Shown here: piece by piece, positions 29,959-40,089 of the stretch
How positions within the stretch are numbered: the first letter of the stretch is position 1
Layout of the letters: every line of letters starts with the position of its first letter
The notes under the pieces: model-generated
The model's input: only the letters and a program-made list of their open reading frames with translations
The model's database searches: none
Told to the model about the DNA's origin: nothing
NCBI GenBank assembly: GCA_963762115.1
Contig: CAVXJH010000007.1
Location: forward strand, 64,001-128,000
Origin: Candidatus Babeliales bacterium
GTDB lineage: Bacteria; Babelota; Babeliae; Babelales; JANWKD01
Length of the DNA stretch: 64,000 nt
Direction of reading: 5' to 3'
Program-made: the position numbers and the translations under genes

Positions 29959-31293
29959 TCAATGAAAGCCCGGTAAACGGCTAAACTTATTAAAAAGTTT
30001 AACAACTTCCTTACTTTTTTCAAATCGATCTAATAATATATTTACATCTGAAACGGTTACGCCTGCCCCTGAGGCTATACGTTGCTTGCGTGAACCATTT
30101 AATATTTTGGGAAAAATACGTTCTTTTTTAGTCATAGAACTAATAATTGCCCTAAATTTCTTTAATTCTAATTCGCCCTTTGAAACCATCTCTGGCGACA
30201 ATGAAGCCATCGATGCGCCAGGCATATATTTCATAATTTGTGAAAGTGAACCTATTTTATTCATCATTTCTAATTGCTGAGCAAAATCTTGCAGCGTCAT
30301 CTTTCCTTTACTCAATGAAGAAGCAAGGGCATCCTGATCTGCTTTTTTAATTTTTTCTTGAGCTTTTTCTATTAAGGTCTGAATATCACCCATACCTAAA
30401 ATACAGCTGGTCATACGCTCAGGTCTGAATTGTTCCAAATCTGCAGCCTTTTCACCGGTACCAACAAAAAGAATTGGTTTTTTCAAACAATACCGAAAGG
30501 CCACGGCACACCCTGCACGAGCCTCACTATCCATTTTGGAAAGAATTGCCGCATAAAAGCCAACGCCATCTTGAAAAGCTTCGGCTACTTTTAATGATTC
30601 TTGTCCCGTCATAGCATCAAGCACTAAAAATTTATATTTAGGTTGTAGTTTTTGATCAACAAGCTGTATTTCCTGCATCATGGTTGAATCAACATGCATT
30701 CTTCCTGCCGTATCGAGAATCAATATTTCAAAACCATGCTGCTTATAATAAGCATGAATATCAACGGCAGCCTTTAAAGGATCAGTAGAAGAAGGACGAT
30801 AAAAGGCAATATTATTTTGCTGTGCCAAAATTTCAAGCTGATCAATGGCGGCTGGCCTATAAAAATCGATAGAAGCAAGTAAGATTGTTCGCGATTTCCC
30901 CCGCGATTCAGCCTGTTTCTTGATAAAACAAGCAAGTTTAGCTGCGGTCGTTGTTTTCCCTGAACCCTGCAAACCCATAAGCATAATTATTGAAGGAATC
31001 TGAAAAGTAAAGGCTGACGATTCTTGTCCACCCAAAAATGCTAATAACTTATCATGAACAATTTTTATTAAATGCTCACCTGGCTTTAATGAATTTGTTA
31101 ACAACTTTTGACCAACAACTTCTTGAGAAATTTCCTTTAAAAAGGTATCCACCACGCCAAAAGGCACATCTGCTTCAAGAAGCGCATCGCGCACTTTCTG
31201 CATTGTTTCTTCAATATTTTTTTCAGTTAACTTCGTTTGACCGGTTAAACGAGAAAAAAGATTAGCGAATTTATTAGATAAAAAATCAAACAT
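29959..31293 (-). CDS. ffh: Signal recognition particle protein Ffh
   Basis: ALLEADV, GLQGSGKTTT, DTAGR, LGMGD, SMTKKER..RIASGAG. Confidence 0.96.
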   Translation of the reverse strand: MFDFLSNKFANLFSRLTGQTKLTEKNIEETMQKVRDALLEADVPFGVVDTFLKEISQEVVGQKLLTNSLKPGEHLIKIVHDKLLAFLGGQESSAFTFQIPSIIMLMGLQGSGKTTTAAKLACFIKKQAESRGKSRTILLASIDFYRPAAIDQLEILAQQNNIAFYRPSSTDPLKAAVDIHAYYKQHGFEILILDTAGRMHVDSTMMQEIQLVDQKLQPKYKFLVLDAMTGQESLKVAEAFQDGVGFYAAILSKMDSEARAGCAVAFRYCLKKPILFVGTGEKAADLEQFRPERMTSCILGMGDIQTLIEKAQEKIKKADQDALASSLSKGKMTLQDFAQQLEMMNKIGSLSQIMKYMPGASMASLSPEMVSKGELELKKFRAIISSMTKKERIFPKILNGSRKQRIASGAGVTVSDVNILLDRFEKSKEVVKLFNKFSRLPGFH

Positions 31294-31457
31294 CTCTAAT
31301 TACCTTAAAAGACCTGGCTATCATATTCTGATAATCTTAACATAATTTCTCACATTTCTCAATTGAGAATAATTCTGTTAAACTACTTTATAATAAGCGA
31401 ACTAAAATACAACGTAATTCCTCTTTCGTTTCGCATTACCCTAATTTGGAAATTTTT

Positions 31458-32564
31458 ATGGCAAAAACAGCACATCATTTATCAAAGTACCGTCCAAACA
31501 TTCTTCTTGTAGGCATTCATGCTCCCTATAATCATACCCCTGATATTAATGCTTATTTTGAAGAATTCATTAATCTCGTAAAATCTAACAACATTGAATT
31601 TGATGAAGTAGTTTTCTTTAAGTTGCGAGAAATTGACGCCGGAACCTTTATTCAAAAAGGTAAACTCGAACAATTATTTGAACTTTGCGAAAAACATGAC
31701 ATTGATGAAGTTATTATTTCTGAACCAATTTCACCGCAACAAGAACGTAATTTACGCGATCACTTGCATAGAAAAGTTTTTGATAGAACACAACTCATTT
31801 TAGAGATTTTTGAAAAGTCAGCTCATTCAGCTGAGGGTAAAACTCAAGTACAGATTGCTATGTTACAACACAAAAAATCTCGCCTTTCTGGCAGAGGTGT
31901 TCATTTAGCGCAACAATCTGGCGCAGCAGGAACCATGGCCGGCGCTGGTGAAACAGCAAAAGAACGCGAACGCCGTCACATTGAAGATGATATTTTAAAA
32001 TTAAAAAAGCAACTTCTCAGAATTCATCAAACCCGCGATACGCAACGCAAACAACGTTTAACCCATGACGTTCCTTTAATGTGTTTAATTGGTTATACCA
32101 ATGCTGGCAAATCGACCATTTTAAATGCGCTTACTAAAAGTGATGTTTTAGCCGAAGATAGATTGTTTGCTACGCTTGATACAACAACGCGACAATTATT
32201 CATTAATGGGAAAAAGAAAGGCGTCCTTTCTGACACTGTTGGCTTTATTCAATTGCTTCCACCAAAATTAATTGAAGCATTTAAATCAACACTCATGGAA
32301 TTACAATATGGAGATTTGTTGCTTCATGTAGTTGATATCGCTGATCCTAACTGGGAAAATCATATTCATGTTGTTGAGCAAATTTTAGAAGATTTAGAAG
32401 TTGAAAAGCCGACACTCTATATTTTCAACAAGGTTGATAAGATCACTGTAACACCTGCCTTACAGGATTTAACTGATAAATATCAGCCGCATGTTTTTGT
32501 TTCTTCAAAAACTAAAGAAGGATTAAAGCCTCTTATTGATTATATTGAACACTGGGAATTATAA
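31458..32564 (+). CDS. hflX: GTPase HflX
   Basis: DRTQLILEIF, GYTNAGKST, LFATLDTT, SDTVGFI, NKVD. Confidence 0.95.
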   Translation: MAKTAHHLSKYRPNILLVGIHAPYNHTPDINAYFEEFINLVKSNNIEFDEVVFFKLREIDAGTFIQKGKLEQLFELCEKHDIDEVIISEPISPQQERNLRDHLHRKVFDRTQLILEIFEKSAHSAEGKTQVQIAMLQHKKSRLSGRGVHLAQQSGAAGTMAGAGETAKERERRHIEDDILKLKKQLLRIHQTRDTQRKQRLTHDVPLMCLIGYTNAGKSTILNALTKSDVLAEDRLFATLDTTTRQLFINGKKKGVLSDTVGFIQLLPPKLIEAFKSTLMELQYGDLLLHVVDIADPNWENHIHVVEQILEDLEVEKPTLYIFNKVDKITVTPALQDLTDKYQPHVFVSSKTKEGLKPLIDYIEHWEL

Positions 32565-32582
32565 ATTACTTTTAAAATAGTT

Positions 32583-32986
32583 CATAAGGCTCTTCCAAAA
32601 TAGTTTTTAGTTTACTAGAGTAACTATCAGAGCATTCAATAATCATTTTTTCTAATAAAGGAAGTATTTTTATGAAGAAATTCTTTTATCTCGGTTTTAT
32701 TGTATTTTCTATGATTTCAAGCTCAAAAAGCAATTGTATGTCTAAAGAAAATAAAGTGTCTCATGAAGAAGCAAGAACCGCCACGACAACACTTATTCGC
32801 TATTTTATGCAAAAACAAGAAAATAAACACATTAAGAACATGGTACGTGATGCCTATGCCATATCAAAAATAGGTCTAAAAGATGGCGAAAAGATTAAAG
32901 CTGCTCTCTGATTATATTTAATACTACCATGCTGCATCATAAAGACTCTTCCAAAATAGTTTTTATTTTACTAGAGTAAAAATCAG
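32583..32986 (+). repeat. Direct repeat of an upstream promoter block (32583-32630 and 32938-32986; weaker third copy ~34013-34051)
   Basis: CATAAgg/agaCTCTTCCAAAATAGTTTTTAg/tTTTACTAGAGTAA..ATCAG lies upstream of consecutive paralogs. Confidence 0.8.
32672..32911 (+). CDS. Short secreted protein, probably a truncated paralog of 33025
   Basis: MKKFFYL signal...CM; EA..T..RY....M...YA..K...K..EK pattern shared with 33025. Confidence 0.6.
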   Translation: MKKFFYLGFIVFSMISSSKSNCMSKENKVSHEEARTATTTLIRYFMQKQENKHIKNMVRDAYAISKIGLKDGEKIKAAL

Positions 32987-33024
32987 TTCATCTAATAACC
33001 ACTTATACTCTAAGGAGTGTTCTT

Positions 33025-33930
33025 ATGAAGAAGTTTCTCTATCTTAGCTTAACCGGCTTAATGGTTTTAAGCACAACAACACGTTGCATGGAACAAATTA
33101 TTAAAGCCGATGAAGAAGCACAAAAAGATGGAAGTGTGCAAACAATAATCTTAGAATCAGAAAATGCATTAAAAGTACAGGGACCACAATTACCAGCAAA
33201 AAAAGAAGTGATTCAAGCGTTCTTGGAAGCCTATGTTGTTGTCTCAACGATGGGCCGTTATGGCGTTGCATCATCAGAACCATTTGCAATAATGAAGGAA
33301 TCATACGCCACCGTTAAGGCCATTAACAAAGGTGATAAAGAAAAAACACGATTAGAATTATTTGATGGCTATTGCAGTGCTGATGAAGAATATTATGAAA
33401 AAGGACTTGACGACGAAGAAAAAACCGCTCAAAAAATTAAAGCTATTGACTCACTCGTAGCATTAAGATATCAATCAAAACTTAATGACAATCAAAAAAA
33501 ACATGCCGCATTAATGCAAAGAAAAGAAGAACTAACTAAAACTATTAAAGAATTACTCAATAAAAAAACCGCTATTCAAGAAAAATTGCGTGAAAAAGAA
33601 GAAGAAAAATCGCTTCTTGAAAAGGTTAACGCCATGCATCATAACTCTAAAGAACAAGAAAACTCCTTACTTCGTTCGCGCAAAGAAACATTAACTGAAG
33701 AAATAAAAGCTATTGATGAACGCATTGCAAAACACAAAGAAGAATCTAATGCTTTACTTGAAGGTGATGTAATGCAAAGCGTGGTTGCAGATGCTATAAA
33801 AGACCATTCCGATGTTGAAGCTGGTCTTTTAGAAAAAAAAGCAGAATTACAAGCAAAATTCGATAAAATTAATGCTGTTATTGAAAAGCTAGAAATACCA
33901 AAGACTGGTTGGTTTGGTAATTGGCTATAA
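33025..33930 (+). CDS. Secreted coiled-coil protein
   Basis: AAGGAG RBS; signal ...TTRC|ME; long heptad-rich C-half; ends TGWFGNWL. Confidence 0.8.
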   Translation: MKKFLYLSLTGLMVLSTTTRCMEQIIKADEEAQKDGSVQTIILESENALKVQGPQLPAKKEVIQAFLEAYVVVSTMGRYGVASSEPFAIMKESYATVKAINKGDKEKTRLELFDGYCSADEEYYEKGLDDEEKTAQKIKAIDSLVALRYQSKLNDNQKKHAALMQRKEELTKTIKELLNKKTAIQEKLREKEEEKSLLEKVNAMHHNSKEQENSLLRSRKETLTEEIKAIDERIAKHKEESNALLEGDVMQSVVADAIKDHSDVEAGLLEKKAELQAKFDKINAVIEKLEIPKTGWFGNWL

Positions 33931-33952
33931 ATTAAACTATTAGAAAGTAATG

Positions 33953-33980
33953 AAGAGCCCATCAATTGATGGGCTCTTTT
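33953..33980 (+). terminator. Intrinsic terminator
   Basis: AAGAGCCCATCAATTGATGGGCTCTTTT. Confidence 0.8.
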
Positions 33981-34095
33981 ATTTGATATCATTCTTATCA
34001 ATTCACAATCATATCTTCCAAAAAAAATACTGTTGTACTATAGTAGGTGCAGTTTCAATAAACTATAACTATCACCATTAAGGAGTATTCTTGTT

Positions 34096-35445
34096 ATGAA
34101 GATTTTATATTCCACCCTTGCATTATTATTATATATAAACGCGCCATTATACTGCATGGAAGAAGAACAAAGGCAACTCGGCTTTCCATCTTCTAGTAAT
34201 AATAATGATGCGGATATTTCTGAGTTCTTCTTAGCTGATGCTGCAGAACAAAGCGGCGTCCCTTTAAAACGAACGCATACTAAAGGCCCTTCAACAATTT
34301 TTATGGAACGTGTTGACACACACAATCATGAAGAAGCAAGCGACATAACAACAGGCTTTTTTGCAATGCCAACAAAAGAGGCGGGAAGCGATGAATACGC
34401 ACAAGAAGACGTAGATAATGATCCAACTGAAAAAAAATCTACAATATTGATAACAAAAATATTTGAAGAACATGTAATTCCACAATCCAACGAAAATAAC
34501 AATAATCAAGGACCACAAATGACTCCCTTGATTCCACAATTATTTGATAAAATCGAAGATCATAAACAAAAAAGCAATTTTTCTTGGACAAAGATACTTG
34601 AAATATTTAAAGCTGATGATGAACGACAAAAAGAATTACTCGGTGATAATAATTTATCAGAAGTTATTTCCAGGTCACAGAACGAAACTTTAAAAGTATA
34701 TTATTCTAGCCTTGCACATCTTGGAGAATTGACAGAACTTTTCTGGATCTTAAAAAGCAAATTATCAAAAATGCCTATTGAGGAAAAGAAACTGTCGGTT
34801 GAATTTGAGCATAAAAACTACATATATGCGGGCATAATTAAAAGATGCAGTAACAATAAAGAAGAAGCAAAAGCACTCTTATTAGGAGTCGCTGATTATG
34901 AAAGTGACGAAGAAAAAATTATTGATGGCGATCTAGAAAATGATGAACCTGGTGTATATCGTTTATCAAAAAACATTTTGACCTATGCATTACCAGCTTT
35001 GACAAAACGAATAAATGAAAATCAAGCATCTGTTGATAGTTCTATACAAGAAAAAGAGCTCATAGATAATAAAATAGCTGTATTAGAAAAGCAAAAACAA
35101 GAAGTTTTAGCAAAATTAAATCAAGAACTCACCAATAAACGACAATTAAAACAAGCAGAATTGATCATTAAACAAGAAAGAGAAACCCAAAGAGAATATT
35201 TATTAAGAAAACAAGCAACATTAAAAAAAGCTATAGTTTTTCTAGAAGATAAAATTAATGATTTATCACATCAAAGCGAAGAAGCAGTACTACAACAAGC
35301 AAATGACAAAAAAATATTATTAAACAAACAAAAAAAAGCAACCGAAGAACAACTGAGCAAAACAAAATTAATATTAGCTGATCTTGAAAAAAATTTAAAA
35401 AATTTTGATACTCCAACTGGCTACAAGCTTTGGAGAGGAAAATAA
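34096..35445 (+). CDS. Secreted coiled-coil protein with disordered acidic N-region
   Basis: AAGGAG RBS; signal ...PLYC|ME; coiled-coil C-half; ends TGYKLWRGK. Confidence 0.8.
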   Translation: MKILYSTLALLLYINAPLYCMEEEQRQLGFPSSSNNNDADISEFFLADAAEQSGVPLKRTHTKGPSTIFMERVDTHNHEEASDITTGFFAMPTKEAGSDEYAQEDVDNDPTEKKSTILITKIFEEHVIPQSNENNNNQGPQMTPLIPQLFDKIEDHKQKSNFSWTKILEIFKADDERQKELLGDNNLSEVISRSQNETLKVYYSSLAHLGELTELFWILKSKLSKMPIEEKKLSVEFEHKNYIYAGIIKRCSNNKEEAKALLLGVADYESDEEKIIDGDLENDEPGVYRLSKNILTYALPALTKRINENQASVDSSIQEKELIDNKIAVLEKQKQEVLAKLNQELTNKRQLKQAELIIKQERETQREYLLRKQATLKKAIVFLEDKINDLSHQSEEAVLQQANDKKILLNKQKKATEEQLSKTKLILADLEKNLKNFDTPTGYKLWRGK

Positions 35446-35466
35446 ATTTATAGAAAGCCCATCGAC

Positions 35467-35506
35467 AAAAAAAGAGCTCATCTTTCATTGATGAGCTCTT
35501 TTTTTT
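35467..35506 (+). terminator. Intrinsic terminator
   Basis: A-run GAGCTCATC-loop-GATGAGCTC T-run. Confidence 0.85.
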
Positions 35507-35581
35507 GTTTGCTTAAGCATACAAAATCAATTATTCTTGAATTCTAGAGTATTACAACACCATTTTTATGCATATAGAATC

Positions 35582-37825
35582 ATGAACCATCAAGAATCAT
35601 TCAATCATTTTTTTTCAACACAACTTAATCCTGCACAACAACAAGCAGTCGCGCAAAAAGATGGCTCATTGCTTATTATTGCCGGCGCAGGTTCAGGAAA
35701 AACACGGGTGATTACTTCGCGTATCATCAATCTTATGCTTAATGAACACGTACCTCCCTATGCGATTGTTGCCCTTACGTTCACTAATAAAGCAGCAATT
35801 GAAATGAAAGAAAGAATCGCTGCCATGCTTGGCAGTGGTCCCAAACCCTTTATTGGCACCTTTCACGCTTATTGCCTACATTTACTCAGAACCAATCCTC
35901 ATTTGGCACCATTTTCCCCTTTTGCAATTCTTGATGCTGACGACCAACAAAGCATGTTACAAGGATTAATTAAACGTGCGAAAATAGAAAAAAAAATTAC
36001 CGCTAAAAATCTTGGTTACCAAATTTCTATGAAAAAAAATAGCGGTACGCAGCAACCTGAGCACGCACTGTCGCAACAAGAGCAAATTTTTGAACAACTC
36101 TATGCAGCATATGAAAAAGAAAAAAAATTAAACAAGGTTATTGATTTTGATGATTTATTAATTGAAGTAAATAAATTATTTGCTAATAATGTTAGCTTTA
36201 AAGAAAAATTCCAGGCAAATGTGCGGCATATCTTAGTTGATGAATATCAGGACACAAACAACATACAGCACACATTGTTAAAACATATGACCCTTATTAA
36301 TAATCAACAATTTACTGTCGATTCTTTATGTGTTGTTGGTGATGAAGATCAATCAATTTATTCATGGCGTGGTGCAACTGTTGCTAATATTATGAATTTT
36401 ACCAGCGATTTTCCAAACACAACCATTGTTAAAATCGAACAAAATTATCGCTCTGTGCAACCAATTTTGCAAATTGCCAATCAGGTAATTCAGCACAACA
36501 CCTATCGCAACCCAAAAAATATATGGTCAAAAAAAGAAGCACACGATCGAGCACGAATTATAACCTGCTTATCAGGCTATCAAGAAAGTGAAGCATTTGC
36601 CCATTTAGTTAAAATCGTGCGAAAAGAAAAAAAACAACAAACAATTGCCATTTTATATCGTGCACATTATCAATCTCGCATGATTGAAGAAGCGCTCATT
36701 CGCCATTCAATACCCTATAAAATAATTGGTGGCATTCAATTTTATGAACGCAAAGAAATAAAAGACATTCTCGCTTACTTGCGCTTGATAGCAAATTCTT
36801 TTGATCGCATTTCATTTTTTCGTATTTATAATGTTCCCCAACGAGGCTTAGGTAAAAAATTTGAAGAAGAGTTCGATGCTTGTTGGCAACAAGAACCGTT
36901 ATTCACTTTTTTTGAAGTTGGCCAACAATTAGTCAATGCAGGAGAATTATCGGGTAAAAAAGCAGCCGAAATGCAAGATTTTATTGCTCTTATTCAGGCA
37001 CTTAATTATGAATCGAAACCTTCTGATTGTATTAATCATATTCTTGCAACAACACAATATTTTTCATATTTAAAAGCAACATTTGATCCGGTTGAAGCTG
37101 AAGCAAAAATTGAAAACGTTAAAGAATTATTGCGTGCTGTTGCCTATTTTGAAGAACAAGGCATCAACACTGTTGCTTTACTATTACATGAAATCACCTT
37201 AATGCAAGAGAAAATTGCCTTAAGTAAAGATCATCATGACCACGTGCAACTCATGACTTTGCATGCAGCAAAAGGACTCGAGTTTGACATCATTGCTTTG
37301 TCAGGATTAGAAGAAGGTCTTTTTCCCAGCACACATTCTTTATATGATCCTGCAAGCATAGAAGAAGAGCGACGTTTGTTTTATGTTGGTATTACTCGAG
37401 CCAAAGAACATATTTTATTTTCCCATGCTCGTTATCGTTATACCTTTGGCACTATGAATGATCAAACTTCTTCACGGTTTCTAGATGAAATTCCTGAACA
37501 TCTTGCACATCGCTCTGATGCATCAGGTTGGGATACGCTGCAATCTTCGTCTTTTTTTTCTCAATGGCTTGGCACAGAAATGCCAGAAAAACGTTCTCCG
37601 ATTATTACCTTTGGAGCGGCAAAAACAATTAATGCACAACAATCATCAGAAAAAGCTCCCGAAAGCTCAATCGCTTGGCGAGAAAAACAATCCGTGCGAC
37701 ATCCAAAATTTGGTCTTGGCATTATAAAAAGTCTTGAACGAAAAGACAGTACAACAGTCTATGCTGATGTACAATTCAAAACGGGACTCAAAAAAATAAA
37801 AGCCGACTTTTTAAAGCCGGCTTAA
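35582..37825 (+). CDS. pcrA: UvrD/PcrA ATP-dependent DNA helicase
   Basis: AGAGSGKT, TFTNKAA, VDEYQDTN, VGDEDQSIYSWRGA, MTLHAAKGLEF, EEERRLFYVGITRA, C-terminal VRHPKFGLG. Confidence 0.93.
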   Translation: MNHQESFNHFFSTQLNPAQQQAVAQKDGSLLIIAGAGSGKTRVITSRIINLMLNEHVPPYAIVALTFTNKAAIEMKERIAAMLGSGPKPFIGTFHAYCLHLLRTNPHLAPFSPFAILDADDQQSMLQGLIKRAKIEKKITAKNLGYQISMKKNSGTQQPEHALSQQEQIFEQLYAAYEKEKKLNKVIDFDDLLIEVNKLFANNVSFKEKFQANVRHILVDEYQDTNNIQHTLLKHMTLINNQQFTVDSLCVVGDEDQSIYSWRGATVANIMNFTSDFPNTTIVKIEQNYRSVQPILQIANQVIQHNTYRNPKNIWSKKEAHDRARIITCLSGYQESEAFAHLVKIVRKEKKQQTIAILYRAHYQSRMIEEALIRHSIPYKIIGGIQFYERKEIKDILAYLRLIANSFDRISFFRIYNVPQRGLGKKFEEEFDACWQQEPLFTFFEVGQQLVNAGELSGKKAAEMQDFIALIQALNYESKPSDCINHILATTQYFSYLKATFDPVEAEAKIENVKELLRAVAYFEEQGINTVALLLHEITLMQEKIALSKDHHDHVQLMTLHAAKGLEFDIIALSGLEEGLFPSTHSLYDPASIEEERRLFYVGITRAKEHILFSHARYRYTFGTMNDQTSSRFLDEIPEHLAHRSDASGWDTLQSSSFFSQWLGTEMPEKRSPIITFGAAKTINAQQSSEKAPESSIAWREKQSVRHPKFGLGIIKSLERKDSTTVYADVQFKTGLKKIKADFLKPA

Positions 37826-37845
37826 AATTCACTATTTTTGATGTA

Positions 37846-38340
37846 TTATTTTGGCATGCGCTTAACGACAAATGCGCGTAACATCCACGCCATTTTTTCT
37901 TGTGTTTCAATAAGATCCGTTAAAAAATTACTCGTACCAGCATCAGCATATTTATCAAGTGTTATACCAATATCTTTACGAATTTGCTTAATAATTGCTT
38001 CATGATCACGTAATAATTGATGCAACATTTCATGAGCACTCTTGCCCTCACCAAAAAGAGACTCATCAAGAATAGTTAATTTATGAAACTCTTTTAATGA
38101 GGCAATTGTTTTCCCGCCAACAGTACGTGCGCGTTCAGCGACATCATCAATGATATCAAAAAGCTCTTCATATTGCTTTTTAAAAAATAAATGAAGTGGA
38201 TAAAAATCCTCACCAACAACATTCCAATGATAATTTAATGTTTTAGTATATAAAACATATTCATTAGCTAAAAGTTTGTTCAAAATTTCAGCAACATTGC
38301 TACAATTTTTTTCTGTTATGCCAATATCTGCTTTTTCCAT
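37846..38340 (-). CDS. dps: Dps / DNA-binding ferritin-like protein
   Basis: NYHWNVVG.F..LH..F, DDVAERAR, EKMAWMLR. Confidence 0.93.
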   Translation of the reverse strand: MEKADIGITEKNCSNVAEILNKLLANEYVLYTKTLNYHWNVVGEDFYPLHLFFKKQYEELFDIIDDVAERARTVGGKTIASLKEFHKLTILDESLFGEGKSAHEMLHQLLRDHEAIIKQIRKDIGITLDKYADAGTSNFLTDLIETQEKMAWMLRAFVVKRMPK

Positions 38341-38623
38341 TTTTTCCCTTTACATAAAAAAATTTTATATAAGTTTTTTACCGCAACAAATAACATTTTA
38401 TCAGCAAATATAATTACATTGCAACAAGTTAACAACACCCGATAAAACATTGTATAGTTTTTACTCTTTGCTAAAATACCTCAGCGATGAATAATATCAT
38501 TTCATAATTATGTATAAACACCTTCAATCACGTTTATTGACGATTCAAATTGAAAATAATATAATTAAAAAACACAAATCAAGACATTAAATAAATTAAA
38601 ATCAACTAACAGATGGAATTCTT

Positions 38624-39430
38624 ATGAAAAAACTCTTAAAATTTATTTTTATATCACTCTTAATGATGCATGCACCTTTATGGGGAATGGAAGCCCAATC
38701 TAAAAAAACTAATGAATTAATGCAAGAATGTTATTGTGGTAGTATAGTTGCACAACATAGATTACGCTATCACATTGATGGGTACCACGCTATTGTTATA
38801 AAGGGGAAAAAAGAATATCTATGCCCTAAAGAAGGTTGTCAATTTAAACCCTTTTCTAAAACAACTCACGTCATTCATCATTTGATGGTAGAACACAAAT
38901 TTTTTGATTTTACAAAACCTGGAAATCATGAACCTGAATCAAAACAAGAGGCACAAGCTAAAACAGATGAATCAGTCTTCAGCAGCGCTGATTTATGGAG
39001 TGCTGAAAACAATAACGAAGCAACCAACATTAAAAAATATTGCCAATGCGGAAAAAGATGGCCTCAAGATAAAAGAGAGGCACAACTTCAGCACATTAGA
39101 ACACATCATTGTGAGATGACTAATTTTGTAAAAACATTTATCTGTCCAAACTGCTCTTTTCCAGGTAAAACGGCAGAAGTTGTATTAGAACATAATAAAA
39201 TCCATACTACCAATAAAAATCAAACTCCTCCCCCTTCTAAAAAAATCAAAAAAAAAGAATCAAAAAAATCTCAAAGGTTAATAACCATTTTGCCAAATGC
39301 ACTCCAGCAAACTTCAGTCCCTTTTGAAAATGTTACAAACCTACCAAATGACAATGATCAGAAACTCTTAGAGATTTTTTTAACCTATAATTCAGGAGAG
39401 CTTGAAGAATTATTTCCAATGATAAACTGA
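38624..39430 (+). CDS. Secreted protein with four C2H2-like zinc fingers and an NLS-like basic patch
   Basis: Signal ...PLWG|ME; CPKEGC..HLMVEH, CPNC-x12-HNKIH, two CxC...H..H units; PPPSKKIKKK. Confidence 0.75.
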   Translation: MKKLLKFIFISLLMMHAPLWGMEAQSKKTNELMQECYCGSIVAQHRLRYHIDGYHAIVIKGKKEYLCPKEGCQFKPFSKTTHVIHHLMVEHKFFDFTKPGNHEPESKQEAQAKTDESVFSSADLWSAENNNEATNIKKYCQCGKRWPQDKREAQLQHIRTHHCEMTNFVKTFICPNCSFPGKTAEVVLEHNKIHTTNKNQTPPPSKKIKKKESKKSQRLITILPNALQQTSVPFENVTNLPNDNDQKLLEIFLTYNSGELEELFPMIN

Positions 39431-39445
39431 TCAATTTAAATTAAA

Positions 39446-40069
39446 TTATTTGAATCGATCAGGCTGTATGATGCCACCAGAAATAATCAAAGACATTGCT
39501 TCCTGACGACTTAAATCGATGGAAATAATATCTTTTTCAGCAATCTGAATGAGAAAACCACTTGTTGGATTGGGAGTTGTGGGAATAAAAACATAGAAAA
39601 ACTTTTCTTGCGTGAACGGCAAAATTTGTTGAGGAATTTCACTCGTTAAAAAACCAATGCTATAACTAACTGCCGTTGGAAAAGGAACAACAACAACTTT
39701 TTTGAATGCTAATTCACTTTGCGCACTAAACGCATTAACCAATTGCTTAAATCCGCCGTACACTTGCTTCATAAGGGGAATTTTGAAGAAAATCTTCTCA
39801 AGAAAATGTATTATTGGTTCTAAAAATAAAAGTCTTATAAGGAGACCGAAAAAAAATATCGCGCCTATTACAAAAAAAAGTTGTGAACCAGGAATAGACC
39901 TTAAATACGCAGGTTCCCATTTATAGACTGGTTCAAGCCATGAATTAATAAGACGAAATGAGAAAATAAACAAGGCAATTGTTAAGGTAAATGGCAATAA
40001 AGTAAAAAGCCCGCTTAAAAAAAGTGTTTGAATATCATGCCATATTTTATAAAAATATTTTTTTTTCAT
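39446..40069 (-). CDS. DUF502-family membrane protein
   Basis: FLSGL..LLP..LT, KIPLMKQVY, IGFLT, VFIPTTPNPTSGF, AMSLIISGG. Confidence 0.85.
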   Translation of the reverse strand: MKKKYFYKIWHDIQTLFLSGLFTLLPFTLTIALFIFSFRLINSWLEPVYKWEPAYLRSIPGSQLFFVIGAIFFFGLLIRLLFLEPIIHFLEKIFFKIPLMKQVYGGFKQLVNAFSAQSELAFKKVVVVPFPTAVSYSIGFLTSEIPQQILPFTQEKFFYVFIPTTPNPTSGFLIQIAEKDIISIDLSRQEAMSLIISGGIIQPDRFK

Positions 40070-40089
40070 TCTATGAATTCCTGCTCATG

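Noticed and set aside
34205..34250. FFAT (VAP-binding) motif in the 449-aa secreted protein (DADISEFFLADAAE)
   Set aside because: It matches only EFF..A of the EFFDAxE consensus, which is too weak to claim.
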